DNA of 64,000 bases from Bacteroidales bacterium (GTDB lineage: Bacteria > Bacteroidota > Bacteroidia > Bacteroidales > UBA10428), in NCBI GenBank assembly GCA_016930375.1, contig JAFGGU010000096.1, forward strand, positions 3,981 through 67,980, in the 5' to 3' direction. Below, piece after piece: positions 16,018 to 25,410 of the stretch (positions are counted from its first letter, which is position 1; each line of letters opens with the position of its first letter). The notes beneath the pieces were generated by a model, which saw only the letters and a list, made by a program, of their open reading frames with translations, was not told where the DNA came from and made no database searches. The position numbers and the translations under genes are program-made.

Positions 16018-16989
16018 TCATGCTTCACGTTTGTTTTCCTTTTCTGTAAATTCTCCGATAATAAAGATATCTCTTAGCTTTAACATCACCACGATGATGA
16101 ATCCCCAGACCAGGATTACCCCCAGCCCATAGGACAAAAGAATCCACCAGGGTGCCTTACGGAGTGTATTCCACATGGCCCTGTCTTTAACCAGGCTGAC
16201 TGGAATGACTTTTAATCCGGCCTGCAAGACCGTATCTTTGGCAGCCGTTCCAAATTTCTCTTCATCCGTGAACCGGGCGGATACCCGTATATTACCGGTG
16301 GTGTCACCCCGCAGATCGGGAGGTATGCCAAAGGTGGCCATGCCGTTATCATCTGTGATTTTCTCCTCATCAAGGGGTAACAAGCCAAAAGTTCTTTTAA
16401 CAAAAAGTTTCACGCCGGCACCAACCACCGGAACTGAAGTATTATCCCTGATGGCGGATACTTTCATAATAACCGATTCCTTTTCCGCAGCAAGACGGAG
16501 TGTAATGGCAATCAATGCGCCTGGGTATGCTCCGGAGGTAATTTCCGGCATAACGGTCTGAACATAGCCTGAATTAAAGCTGCGGATATAGGCAACAATG
16601 GCCCAGATATCCCCGGATGAGAGGGTGTTCTTAAAGGAGGGCATCTGACCGCGACCTTCCATGATCTTGAAAAAGATCTCCCCGTCGCGGTTACGCTGTA
16701 TCTTTTCCGTTGCCGGATCGCCGGGGGGTGGAATCAACTGCTGATAATTTCCCTTGCCCGGATTGCCATGGCACGACAAGCAGTTGAGGTTGTAAAGCTG
16801 TAACCCTGCTTTTTCAATGGAATCATTGAATGCAAAGGTGCTCAGCCTTCCCTGCCGGTCCGCCGGCACCAGCCATTCCTGCGAAATGACCGGAACCACG
16901 ACAAGGAGAGCCAATACCAGTAAGGAAATGGATCGCCTTCTGAAACGAACGGATCTCTTTCTATTTGATTTCATTTTCCTTTTCTTCAT
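16018..16989 (-). CDS. Membrane-anchored monohaem cytochrome c with extra beta-rich domain and C-terminal TM segment (ActE-like?)
   Basis: One CLSCH haem motif with a downstream MP (Met ligand) context. It has an N-terminal Arg/Lys-rich anchor, a ~150-aa additional domain and a C-terminal TM (WWILLSYGLGVILVWGFIIVVML). The start is taken at the internal Met (16989); the ORF track gives 17004. Confidence 0.75.
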   Translation of the reverse strand: MKKRKMKSNRKRSVRFRRRSISLLVLALLVVVPVISQEWLVPADRQGRLSTFAFNDSIEKAGLQLYNLNCLSCHGNPGKGNYQQLIPPPGDPATEKIQRNRDGEIFFKIMEGRGQMPSFKNTLSSGDIWAIVAYIRSFNSGYVQTVMPEITSGAYPGALIAITLRLAAEKESVIMKVSAIRDNTSVPVVGAGVKLFVKRTFGLLPLDEEKITDDNGMATFGIPPDLRGDTTGNIRVSARFTDEEKFGTAAKDTVLQAGLKVIPVSLVKDRAMWNTLRKAPWWILLSYGLGVILVWGFIIVVMLKLRDIFIIGEFTEKENKREA

Positions 16990-18298
16990 GGGCTGTTTCA
17001 ACAATAGGTATCACCGGAAAGAATTTTGACAGCAAGGTTATTATAATCAGTACCAGGAGGAATGAGGCCAGGGTTATGGCTGATTCCATCAAAGTGGGTC
17101 TGTACACCATCCATTCTTCCGGTACATATTGAATGGGCAGATAAGGATGTCCCTGGGGAGGAACTACAATGATATACCGCTTCAGCCATGCTGCGGCAAA
17201 CATGAATAGGGCAATAATCAGCATGGGCAATGGCCTGCGTATTCTTTTGAACAGCAGGAGAATTAGGGGCAGTATCAGTCCCATGGTCTGTGTAACCCAA
17301 AATAATAAGGCATAGTCTCCTGTGAACAACTCATGGATATGAACAGCATCAAATTTTTTCATTTTATAAGCCGGAACCAGGTACTCGTTCAGGTTAAAAT
17401 ACAGATAAACGGCTGATACGAGGAACAGCAATCTGGCTAACCGCTCAAAATGAAAATCAGTAATATAATCTTTAAGCCTGTAATTGGTTCTGAAGAAGTA
17501 CATGGCGATGATAAGTGCCGATGTGCCGGAAACAAAGGCCCCTGAAACAAAATAAGGCCCGAATATGGTGCTGTCCCATCCGGCACGCGGATTCACGGCA
17601 AAAAGCCACGACGTAACCGTATGGATCGCCAGCGCAGTAGGAATGATTAACAGAATGAGAATCTTCACCGCCTGTCTGAGGATTTTGTATTGTTCGGCGT
17701 GATGAACCCATTTGAACGATAAAATCTCATAGATGCGGATAAGAAATGCAGGCCGTCCTTTGAGCCTGGTTTTGGCAACTGCAATATCCGGAATCAGGGG
17801 GAAGAACCAGAGCAGCAGACTCAGGACAAAATAGGTGGTAACAACCGTGACATCCCAAAGGATAGGCGACTGAACCCGGGCATGTAAAAAAACATAGGGC
17901 AGGCGATCGGGACGACCCATATCGGAAATAATAACCAGGCCTGCGATTGCAGCGAATGCCACGGCTATGATTTCTGCAATCCTCGACAGTGGGGTGATCC
18001 ACTTAAAGCCTATCAGTCCCAATACACAACTGATAAGCATGCCAACCAGGCTGGTGGCCACGAAGAATACAAAATTGGCAATGTACATGCCCCAGCTGGT
18101 AAAGTCGCGGATACCGGTAATGATTAGTCCTTTGCGTAACTGGATGGTATAAACGTATAAACACACGGCCAGCGCAATGAATAAAAAAGCCGTCCAGATA
18201 ATGAAAACCTTGTTAATCCTTACCGGTCTCAGGATATCGGATGCGATCCTGTCAATCTTTTCTGTTTCCAGGCCTGGTATTTTAGTTTCTGCATTCAT
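16961..18298 (-). CDS. NrfD/PsrC/ActC-like polytopic quinol-interacting membrane subunit
   Basis: 445-aa highly hydrophobic protein directly downstream of the NrfC-like FeS gene. Its size is closer to ActC/ActF than to the shorter PsrC. Confidence 0.75.
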   Translation of the reverse strand: MNAETKIPGLETEKIDRIASDILRPVRINKVFIIWTAFLFIALAVCLYVYTIQLRKGLIITGIRDFTSWGMYIANFVFFVATSLVGMLISCVLGLIGFKWITPLSRIAEIIAVAFAAIAGLVIISDMGRPDRLPYVFLHARVQSPILWDVTVVTTYFVLSLLLWFFPLIPDIAVAKTRLKGRPAFLIRIYEILSFKWVHHAEQYKILRQAVKILILLIIPTALAIHTVTSWLFAVNPRAGWDSTIFGPYFVSGAFVSGTSALIIAMYFFRTNYRLKDYITDFHFERLARLLFLVSAVYLYFNLNEYLVPAYKMKKFDAVHIHELFTGDYALLFWVTQTMGLILPLILLLFKRIRRPLPMLIIALFMFAAAWLKRYIIVVPPQGHPYLPIQYVPEEWMVYRPTLMESAITLASFLLVLIIITLLSKFFPVIPIVETAHEEKENEIK

Positions 18299-18308
18299 GG
18301 ACCGGGCT

Positions 18309-19283
18309 TTAAATAATTAAATCTTCTTCCCTGGGTTTGTCTTGATCAAAATCAAAAATCCTGTTCTTAGGCGGCAGGTAATAAACCCTGGGTTGTGTAC
18401 CAAGTTCCGGCATCAGCCGGTAACCTCCGTTTTGCTTGAGCAGTTCACTCAATTTTACAGTTTCCTTGGTAGTTCCGTTGGTTACAGCATCTTCGTTTTC
18501 ATCACCGAAATAGTAAACGCCATTGGGGCAGGCAGAGACACAATACGGCAATTGGTTCTCCCTGAGCCTGTCGGAGCTAAACAAACACTTGGAGATGGTA
18601 CCTTTCTTTTGCGGAACATTGAGTTCAATATCATATTCCTTATCCTTATCGGCCTGGGCATTGACCGGTTCCTCCCAGTGAAACATCCTGGCGGAGTATG
18701 GGCAGGCTGCGATACAGAATCTGCAGCCAATGCAGCGTTCATTGTCAATCAACACCACACCGTCCTGACGCTTAAATGTAGCATCAACAGGGCATACCGA
18801 TACGCAGGGAGGGTTGTCGCAATGCTGGCAGGGTTTTGGCATGAAATAGGCAGGTGTATTCACGGATTCCTGCATTACCAGCGTATTGATATGATATTCA
18901 TAAGGCCTGAGATGATGAGCGCTCTGGCAGGCCTCTATGCACTTTCTTGCATTCCGGCATTTCGAAAGGTCGATAATCATCACCCATTTCTTTCCGGGTA
19001 TGCCTTCTCTTCCTCTTTTCTGCAATTCCTTTAACCCGGGTTCGTAGCCCTCTACCTCCTCTGCCGCTATTTTAACCAGTTTATTGTCAGTTGTAAGTAC
19101 CTTGACAAACTCTCCTTTGTTTTTCGATTTTTCATGCCTGTATCCGGCAAGAACTGCCGCTGCCCCTGATAATACTGCTGCCCCTGAGATTCCGGCTTTT
19201 TTCAGGAAGTCCCGCCGGGAGGCTTCAAGTGTTTGTTGTATATCAGTGTTTTCAGCTTTATTTTTATTTTTCTTTCCACCCAT
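18309..19283 (-). CDS. Tat-exported 4Fe-4S ferredoxin-type subunit (NrfC/PsrB/ActB2-like)
   Basis: It has the twin-arginine signal SRRDFLKKAGISGAAV and several Cys clusters (CQHCDNPPCVSVCP, CIGCRFCIAACP, ...CVSACP). Confidence 0.85.
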   Translation of the reverse strand: MGGKKNKNKAENTDIQQTLEASRRDFLKKAGISGAAVLSGAAAVLAGYRHEKSKNKGEFVKVLTTDNKLVKIAAEEVEGYEPGLKELQKRGREGIPGKKWVMIIDLSKCRNARKCIEACQSAHHLRPYEYHINTLVMQESVNTPAYFMPKPCQHCDNPPCVSVCPVDATFKRQDGVVLIDNERCIGCRFCIAACPYSARMFHWEEPVNAQADKDKEYDIELNVPQKKGTISKCLFSSDRLRENQLPYCVSACPNGVYYFGDENEDAVTNGTTKETVKLSELLKQNGGYRLMPELGTQPRVYYLPPKNRIFDFDQDKPREEDLII

Positions 19284-19493
19284 ATATTTTGAAAAGGTTA
19301 ATCACCATTCATGAAATCATCTGACTACATTGTATTAAAAATACAAAATATTCATTACTCATATGTTAAAAGTAAAATTATTTGTTTCTGTCATTTACTG
19401 ATGATGCGTTAACTTTTAAAAAATATTAGTATATTATTGATATTAAATATAATATAAGCGATTATTTATTTTATTGATTTGAATTGACCTGTA

Positions 19494-19567
19494 GACCCCA
19501 ACGGGGTCAAATATTAATAACCGTGGGTTACAATCACGGTTATTGAAATTAAGCCACTTCGTGGCTT
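19494..19567. other. Three consecutive perfect hairpins in the intergenic region upstream of the respiratory operon
   Basis: Hairpin 1: GACCCC-aac-GGGGTC at 19494-19508. Hairpin 2: AATAACCGTG-ggttacaat-CACGGTTATT at ~19516-19544. Hairpin 3: AAGCCAC-ttc-GTGGCTT at 19551-19567. Confidence 0.6.
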
Positions 19568-19733
19568 GGTAGCAAAACAGGTGATATGTATCTTATAATT
19601 AACTGAGACTTCAACATATATTTTTTCTCTCCGTCCGACACTTCAGTTACGCTTGTTAATTCATTTAAAAGGAAATAATAAAGTCATCCGGGAGTGAATT
19701 CCTTGACTTCGCTGAGAGGGGAAGTGAATTCCA

Positions 19734-20201
19734 TCAGGCAGGTGCAGGTTTTGGAATTTTCCTGTTCTTAGGATTAAAAATAGCTTTCAGCGCCAGGTAA
19801 GCTAATCCAATGGTAAGTATATCACCGACAACTGCCACAAGAACTGCCAGTGCATTTAATCCCGAGCATGCAAGGCCGCACGATGCTGCCGCAATTCCAT
19901 ATGCTGCCGCGCAAAATGCTACGACTGTCAGAAACGTCAAAAGAACTTTCGCACCGGTACTTAAACCTTTTTTCTTAGGATTCGCCGGCTCATCCTGGAG
20001 CTGTTCTTCATAGGCATAAAATGCCTGATGACCTGTTGTCTGAATGTTATGGATTGCATGGTATCCGGACTGTTGCATTGTGCCCGCCGGAATAACTGTT
20101 TGCCGGGAAAAATGATTGCCAACCCATACCATAAGCAGGAAGCCCGATATAAATAACAGAATATCATGCACATGGTGTTTGGCCCCATGAATTATAAACA
20201 T
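19734..20201 (-). CDS. Hypothetical membrane protein
   Basis: 155 aa with an N-terminal and a C-terminal hydrophobic region (Ala/Gly/Cys-rich TM pair). I recognised no motif. Confidence 0.4.
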   Translation of the reverse strand: MFIIHGAKHHVHDILLFISGFLLMVWVGNHFSRQTVIPAGTMQQSGYHAIHNIQTTGHQAFYAYEEQLQDEPANPKKKGLSTGAKVLLTFLTVVAFCAAAYGIAAASCGLACSGLNALAVLVAVVGDILTIGLAYLALKAIFNPKNRKIPKPAPA

Positions 20202-20372
20202 AATTTAAAACAGTAATCACTTAAAGTCAAACTTTTACCCGACAATTCTACACATGAATGTGAAGAACGCCAGAATGCTTTCAGAGATAAGGATTACCGA
20301 AGCAAGAAAATATTCCAAAAAGTCAGGCGTTATTCTATAAAGTCAATCCTGGTTTTATCAATACTATACCTT

Positions 20373-21080
20373 ATGAAAACGAAATTACTGTCAACCCTGT
20401 TTACCCTGTTTCTTTTAGGTTTTGTTTCATTTTCCCATGGTCAGCAAACGACAAGCGACCCGTTGCGGTTTTCCGCCGGGGTGTTGACCGGTTACAACCG
20501 GGGATTTGGGATGCACGCCAACATCATGGCCCATAACTTTGCCCCGGGATTTCCGTTTGAACTCAGATTTGGAATGGGCTATACACTGCTAAATCCCGGA
20601 AATGCAGCTGATGCGCGTCGCATATTCATCAACAATGCCACCAACGGAACACCTGAAAAGAAGGGCAGATCGTTTGATATCAGGTTTGACTTTCTATTGT
20701 CAAAGCCTCTTTTCGGAACAGGTCATTCCTACCTTGTTCTTGGCCCGAGGTTTTCCACTTTCAGGGGAAATTTTGTATATGTCGGAGGTAATGAGGATTT
20801 TGATGTTACCTCCCATCAGTGGGGTATTGGGGCCGGTATCGAGAATCATTTCAGAATGACATCCAACCTGAATCTCATAATGGCCATCGGGCTTGATCAT
20901 TATTTCCCCAGTACACTTACGGGTCATGACACCTCCTATAGTCCGGATAACGATAATATCAACCCGCGGGAAGATAACCAGGATGGTGATACACCTTTCA
21001 CCTACCGGGATGCCGACAAGGCCATCCGGCAACCTGTGTTTATGCCAAGAGCGATGATTGGCGTTAGTTTCGGTTTGTAG
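20373..21080 (+). CDS. Outer-membrane beta-barrel protein (porin-family-like)
   Basis: It has a signal peptide (MKTKLLSTLFTLFLLGFVSFSHG), alternating beta-strand-like pattern and a terminal aromatic (...IGVSFGL). Confidence 0.5.
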   Translation: MKTKLLSTLFTLFLLGFVSFSHGQQTTSDPLRFSAGVLTGYNRGFGMHANIMAHNFAPGFPFELRFGMGYTLLNPGNAADARRIFINNATNGTPEKKGRSFDIRFDFLLSKPLFGTGHSYLVLGPRFSTFRGNFVYVGGNEDFDVTSHQWGIGAGIENHFRMTSNLNLIMAIGLDHYFPSTLTGHDTSYSPDNDNINPREDNQDGDTPFTYRDADKAIRQPVFMPRAMIGVSFGL

Positions 21081-21164
21081 ACATATAACCGAAACGAATA
21101 CAATCAGTTAGCGTATTCTATAAAAATAATCTGATTTTTTCTTGCTTTTTCTGAAGGCGTGTTG

Positions 21165-21172
21165 TATATTTG
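21165..21172 (+). promoter_or_regulatory. Candidate -7 element TATATTTG (TAnnTTTG) upstream of the GntR gene
   Basis: Exact consensus match ending 34 nt upstream of the ATG at 21207. Confidence 0.3.
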
Positions 21173-21206
21173 TACTAGATATATATTACAATAATATAAT
21201 ACTACA

Positions 21207-21587
21207 ATGATTAAATTTATTTTAGATCCTAAGGCAGGAGCTCCCTTTTACCGGCAGATCATTGATCAGATCAAGTTCGGTATAGCCTCGGGTAAGCTCA
21301 TGGTAGGGGAGCAGTTGCCCACTGTCAGATCCCTGGCTGTGGAGCTTAAAGTGAACCTCAATACGGTAGCCAAGGCGTATAAGGAACTCGAGATCCAAAA
21401 CATCCTCGAGACGCACCAGGGTACAGGCACTTTTATCAACCGGAGTGAAATTGATCTTTCAGAAAAGGAAAGACAGACAAAACTGCAGGAATTCTGCAGG
21501 GAATTCATGACCATAGCATTCAACTATGGATTTTCCGTTGACGACATGATCCAGGAACTTCAAAAACACAAAAACCATGAAAACTAA
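21207..21587 (+). CDS. GntR-family (YtrA-like) transcriptional regulator
   Basis: 126 aa with the winged-HTH motif PFYRQIIDQIKFGIASGKLMVGEQLPTVRSLAVELKVNLNTVAKAYKEL. Confidence 0.85.
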   Translation: MIKFILDPKAGAPFYRQIIDQIKFGIASGKLMVGEQLPTVRSLAVELKVNLNTVAKAYKELEIQNILETHQGTGTFINRSEIDLSEKERQTKLQEFCREFMTIAFNYGFSVDDMIQELQKHKNHEN

Positions 21588-22476
21588 TATTACTTCCAAG
21601 AGCTACTTTAATGGCGTTTCCTTTACAGTGCTGATCATTCTTGCAGGCACCTGGGTTGCCCTATACTACTTTAAGGTCATAACCATTCCCTGGCTGGTAG
21701 GTTTGATTATTCTGTCGCTGTTCTTGTCTTCATCCATACAGATTGCCGATCAGTGGGAAAAGGCAGTTGTTCTGAGGATGGGTAAATACAGGGGATTGAA
21801 AGGGCCCGGCATTTTCTTCATTATTCCCATCATCGACCGCATCATGAATTACATTGACCAGCGCATCAGGGTGACTGATTTCAAGGCCGAACAAACCCTC
21901 ACGAAAGACACGGTTCCAGTGAATGTTGTTGCCGTGCTGTACTGGACAGTCTGGGATGTGGAGAAATCCGCCCTTGAAGTTCAGGATTACAACGAAGCTA
22001 TTGAATACGTTGCACAAACCGGATTGCGGGACATCATCGGCCGGCATGAACTGGCTGAACTATTGCAGGAGAGAGAGAAAATTGCCCATGACCTGCAGGT
22101 TCTGCTGGATGAGATTTCAACACCCTGGGGCATTACCTGTCAGAATGTGGGTATTAAAGACATTACCATACCGCAGGCATTGGCCGATGCCATGAGTAAA
22201 GAGGCCCAGGCTGAAAGGGAACGGAGGGCGCGTGTAATCCTGGGCACTGCTGAGACTGAGATCGCGGAAAAATTTGCAAAGGCCAGTGAAGACTATATCA
22301 ATAATCCGGTAGCTTTGCAGCTCAGGGCGATGAACCTGATCGGCGAGGGCCTGAAGGAGAAAAGCTCCATGATCATTGTTCCAAGTTCAGCGCTTGATTC
22401 CATGAACCTGGGTGTGCTGGGAGGATTAGCGGCGTTGGGAAAGCAACAACTGCCTGGCACGGAGCCGCAGCCATGA
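21577..22476 (+). CDS. SPFH/band-7 (stomatin-like) membrane protein
   Basis: It has N-terminal TM segments followed by an SPFH core (EKAVVLRMGKYRGLKGPGIFFIIP...) and a C-terminal coiled-coil AQAERERRA. It overlaps the GntR gene by 11 nt. Confidence 0.85.
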   Translation: MKTNITSKSYFNGVSFTVLIILAGTWVALYYFKVITIPWLVGLIILSLFLSSSIQIADQWEKAVVLRMGKYRGLKGPGIFFIIPIIDRIMNYIDQRIRVTDFKAEQTLTKDTVPVNVVAVLYWTVWDVEKSALEVQDYNEAIEYVAQTGLRDIIGRHELAELLQEREKIAHDLQVLLDEISTPWGITCQNVGIKDITIPQALADAMSKEAQAERERRARVILGTAETEIAEKFAKASEDYINNPVALQLRAMNLIGEGLKEKSSMIIVPSSALDSMNLGVLGGLAALGKQQLPGTEPQP

Positions 22477-22526
22477 AATAAATACTTCAGATTCTATGAT
22501 CTTTTGGATTTGCATACCTTTGCTTA

Positions 22527-23666
22527 ATGAACTTGTCCCGGGAATTTCAAATCTTTGCTAAGCCTTCAGGTCCCTTGTGCAACCTGGGTTGCATGTATTG
22601 TTATTATCTCGACAAGGCTGATTTTTTCGGGAAAGAAGCATCGTTCCGCATGCCGGATGAAATACTGGATTCTTACATTCGTCAGCATATCGAAGCCGCC
22701 ACCGAACCGGTCATCACCTTTTCATGGCATGGAGGAGAACCCATGGTGGCCGGATTAAAGTTCTACCGGAAAGCGGTTGCCCTGCAAAAGGAGTATAATA
22801 GTGCAGGCAGAAAAATCATCAACGGCATGCAGACCAACGGTATGCTTGTAAATGCGGAATGGTGCAGATTCCTGGCGGAAGAGAATTTTGTCATCGGAAT
22901 CAGTATCGACGGACCGGAAAACCTGCATGACCTGTTCAGGCTCACCAAAGACGGCAGTCCCACTTTTAACCGGGTGATGCGTGGCTATGATCAGCTTGTT
23001 ATCCATGGCATTGACCCGGAGATCCTGTGCGTTGTGAATGCTGAAAATGTGAAGTATCCTTTGGAAGTATACCGATTCTTCAAACAACTGGGAGCAGGAT
23101 TTATGACTTTCATACCGCTTGTTGAAAAAATGGAATGCAATTCCCGTGTTGCAAGCAGCAGATCAGTCCCTTCCCAGGCTTTCGGCCATTTTCTGTGTAC
23201 AATTTTTGATGAATGGGTGGAGCAGGATATCGGCAAAGTCAGGGTTCAGATTTTTGAAGAAGCATTGCGCACAGCCTTTCCGCAGGAACATACCCTGTGC
23301 ATATTCAAACCCGTATGCGGTGGGGTGCCCGTGGTGGAGCACAACGGGGATTTTTTTTCCTGTGATCATTTTGTGACCCGGGAGCATCATGTGGGAAACA
23401 TAGGCAAAACCTCCCTGGCTGAAATGCTCGACAGCAGGCAGCAGAAGTTATTCGGCCAGTCGAAACAGGATACCCTGCCACGGTATTGCCTGGCATGTGA
23501 GGTGAGGGACATGTGCAACGGCGAATGCCCGAAAAACAGGTTTATCAATACCCCCGACGGGGAACCGGGGCTTAATTATTTATGCGCCGGATACAAGATG
23601 TTTTTTAACCATTGCAGGCCGTTTGCAAAGGCGGTGGCCAAAGCCTGGAAACAAAGCACTAAATAA
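22527..23666 (+). CDS. Anaerobic sulfatase-maturating enzyme-like radical SAM/SPASM protein
   Basis: It has the CNLGCMYCY radical-SAM cluster motif, FSWHGGEP, and a C-terminal Cys-rich SPASM-like region (CxxxC...CLACEVRDMCNGECP). Confidence 0.8.
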   Translation: MNLSREFQIFAKPSGPLCNLGCMYCYYLDKADFFGKEASFRMPDEILDSYIRQHIEAATEPVITFSWHGGEPMVAGLKFYRKAVALQKEYNSAGRKIINGMQTNGMLVNAEWCRFLAEENFVIGISIDGPENLHDLFRLTKDGSPTFNRVMRGYDQLVIHGIDPEILCVVNAENVKYPLEVYRFFKQLGAGFMTFIPLVEKMECNSRVASSRSVPSQAFGHFLCTIFDEWVEQDIGKVRVQIFEEALRTAFPQEHTLCIFKPVCGGVPVVEHNGDFFSCDHFVTREHHVGNIGKTSLAEMLDSRQQKLFGQSKQDTLPRYCLACEVRDMCNGECPKNRFINTPDGEPGLNYLCAGYKMFFNHCRPFAKAVAKAWKQSTK

Positions 23667-23790
23667 AATAGTGACTGACAGATGCGTATTGTTACAGGTA
23701 AAGATTATTTTCTAATGCAGGATGATTAAATGTAAAATAAATCATTATCTTGCCTATCAGGGGAAGTCTGTTTAACCAATACTTATCTTT

Positions 23791-25338
23791 ATGTTACTTC
23801 ATCAGCAGTTTGTCAGGATGGCAAAGAAGCACTCCCAAAAGCTCGCAATCATCGACAAAACAACGCAGAAAAGGGTTTTCTATTCCAGGGCTTTAATCGG
23901 ATCACTTATTCTGTGTTCGAAATTCAAAAAGTACGAAGCAGGTTTTATAGGCATTATGATTCCAACATCTGCAGGTTGTGCATTGGCTACCGTTGGTGCA
24001 TTGATGAGCGGCAGAATACCGGTTATGATAAACTATTCAACAGGTGCAGAGGGCAACGCAAAATATGCACAGAAAAAATGCAGATTCAAAACCATTATTA
24101 CTTCCAGAGCATTGTTGGAGAAGATAGGATGCCCGGTTATCGAGGGCATGGTAATGATTGAGGACATCATGGAAGGTGTCGGCCTGTTTGATAAACTTAA
24201 GGCGGCATTGAAAGCAAAACTGCCGGTAAGTAGCATCCTCAACGGTATACATAAAGGCGACGAGAATGATACCGCTGCAATCCTTTTTACGAGCGGAAGT
24301 GAAAAAGACCCTAAAGCAGTGCAGCTGAGCCACCGGAATCTTGCTTCAAACATTGAAAACTTTGGCAATTACGTTCATGTCAGTGAATCAGATATTATTC
24401 TGGCAAATCTTGTTTTCTTCCATATTTTCGGCTTAACAGTAAATCTATGGGTATCATTCTATTACGGCATGACTATGGTGACCTATGCAAATCCCCTGGA
24501 TTTTCAAACCATCAGCAATATTGCACGGGAAGAAAAACCAACGATCATGGTGGGTACGCCAAGTTTCTTCTGGGGTTATCTTCATAAGTCTGAACCCGGA
24601 GATTTTAAAACCCTCAGGTTAATGGTAGCAGGAGCTGATAAATGTCCGGATACCCTCAGGGAAGGGTACCTGATAAAACATGGGGTCACACTTCTTGAAG
24701 GTTATGGTGCTACCGAGACATCTCCGGTAATTTCAGTCAATTCACAAGAATTTAACAGACCCGGAAGTACTGGAAAAATCATTCCTAATGTGCAGGTCAG
24801 GATTGAGAATTTTGAGACGGGAGAGGAATGCAAGACCGGTGAAGTTGGAAAAATACTGGTAAAAGGGGACCTGGTGATGAAAGGATATTATGATGATCCA
24901 GAGCTTACTGCTGAGTCCATGGTAGACGGCTGGTACAATACCGGTGATATGGGTTACTTCGATGAAGATAAATATCTCTGGCATGCAGGCCGTTTTAAAA
25001 GATTCGTCAAGGTAGGAGGGGAAATGGTTTCCCTGGTCAAGGTAGAGAATACCTTGGAAAAGTTCCTTCCAACGGGAGTATCCTGCTGTGTCGTTGAAGT
25101 GTCAGATGAAAAAAAAGGTGCATCAATTATCGCAACAGTAAACATAGAAGTAAACAAGACGGAGATACTTAGAAAGATGGGAACAGAATTACCCAATATT
25201 GCCCTTCCGAAACAATTTGTCATTATCAAGGAGTTACCCATGATGAGTACAGGCAAAATTGATTTCAGAACCGTCACCAGGATTGTGCAGGATATCATCA
25301 ATGGTTCCGGATCCAGCACCGCTGCAAATATTGCGTAA
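23791..25338 (+). CDS. AMP-dependent synthetase/ligase (acyl-CoA or acyl-ACP synthetase-like)
   Basis: Motifs present: ILFTSGSEKDPKAV, EGYGATETS, TGDMGYFD...GRFKRFVKVGGEMV. Confidence 0.85.
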   Translation: MLLHQQFVRMAKKHSQKLAIIDKTTQKRVFYSRALIGSLILCSKFKKYEAGFIGIMIPTSAGCALATVGALMSGRIPVMINYSTGAEGNAKYAQKKCRFKTIITSRALLEKIGCPVIEGMVMIEDIMEGVGLFDKLKAALKAKLPVSSILNGIHKGDENDTAAILFTSGSEKDPKAVQLSHRNLASNIENFGNYVHVSESDIILANLVFFHIFGLTVNLWVSFYYGMTMVTYANPLDFQTISNIAREEKPTIMVGTPSFFWGYLHKSEPGDFKTLRLMVAGADKCPDTLREGYLIKHGVTLLEGYGATETSPVISVNSQEFNRPGSTGKIIPNVQVRIENFETGEECKTGEVGKILVKGDLVMKGYYDDPELTAESMVDGWYNTGDMGYFDEDKYLWHAGRFKRFVKVGGEMVSLVKVENTLEKFLPTGVSCCVVEVSDEKKGASIIATVNIEVNKTEILRKMGTELPNIALPKQFVIIKELPMMSTGKIDFRTVTRIVQDIINGSGSSTAANIA

Positions 25339-25410
25339 CGCAGGCTTTTTTCTGCCTGCGTAGTTTTAACCATACCCGGGGGCATGGTTTTCAAACTGTT
25401 TGTATATGGC

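Noticed and set aside
18342-19034. 230-aa plus-strand ORF.
   Set aside because: It lies entirely antisense to the well-supported NrfC-like FeS gene. Its composition is typical of a shadow ORF in a GC-richer gene.
19480-19570. Checked whether the three-hairpin region is a tRNA or tmRNA-like gene.
   Set aside because: There is no acceptor-stem pairing between the ends and no GTTCGAATC-type T-loop. Stem and loop sizes do not fit a cloverleaf.
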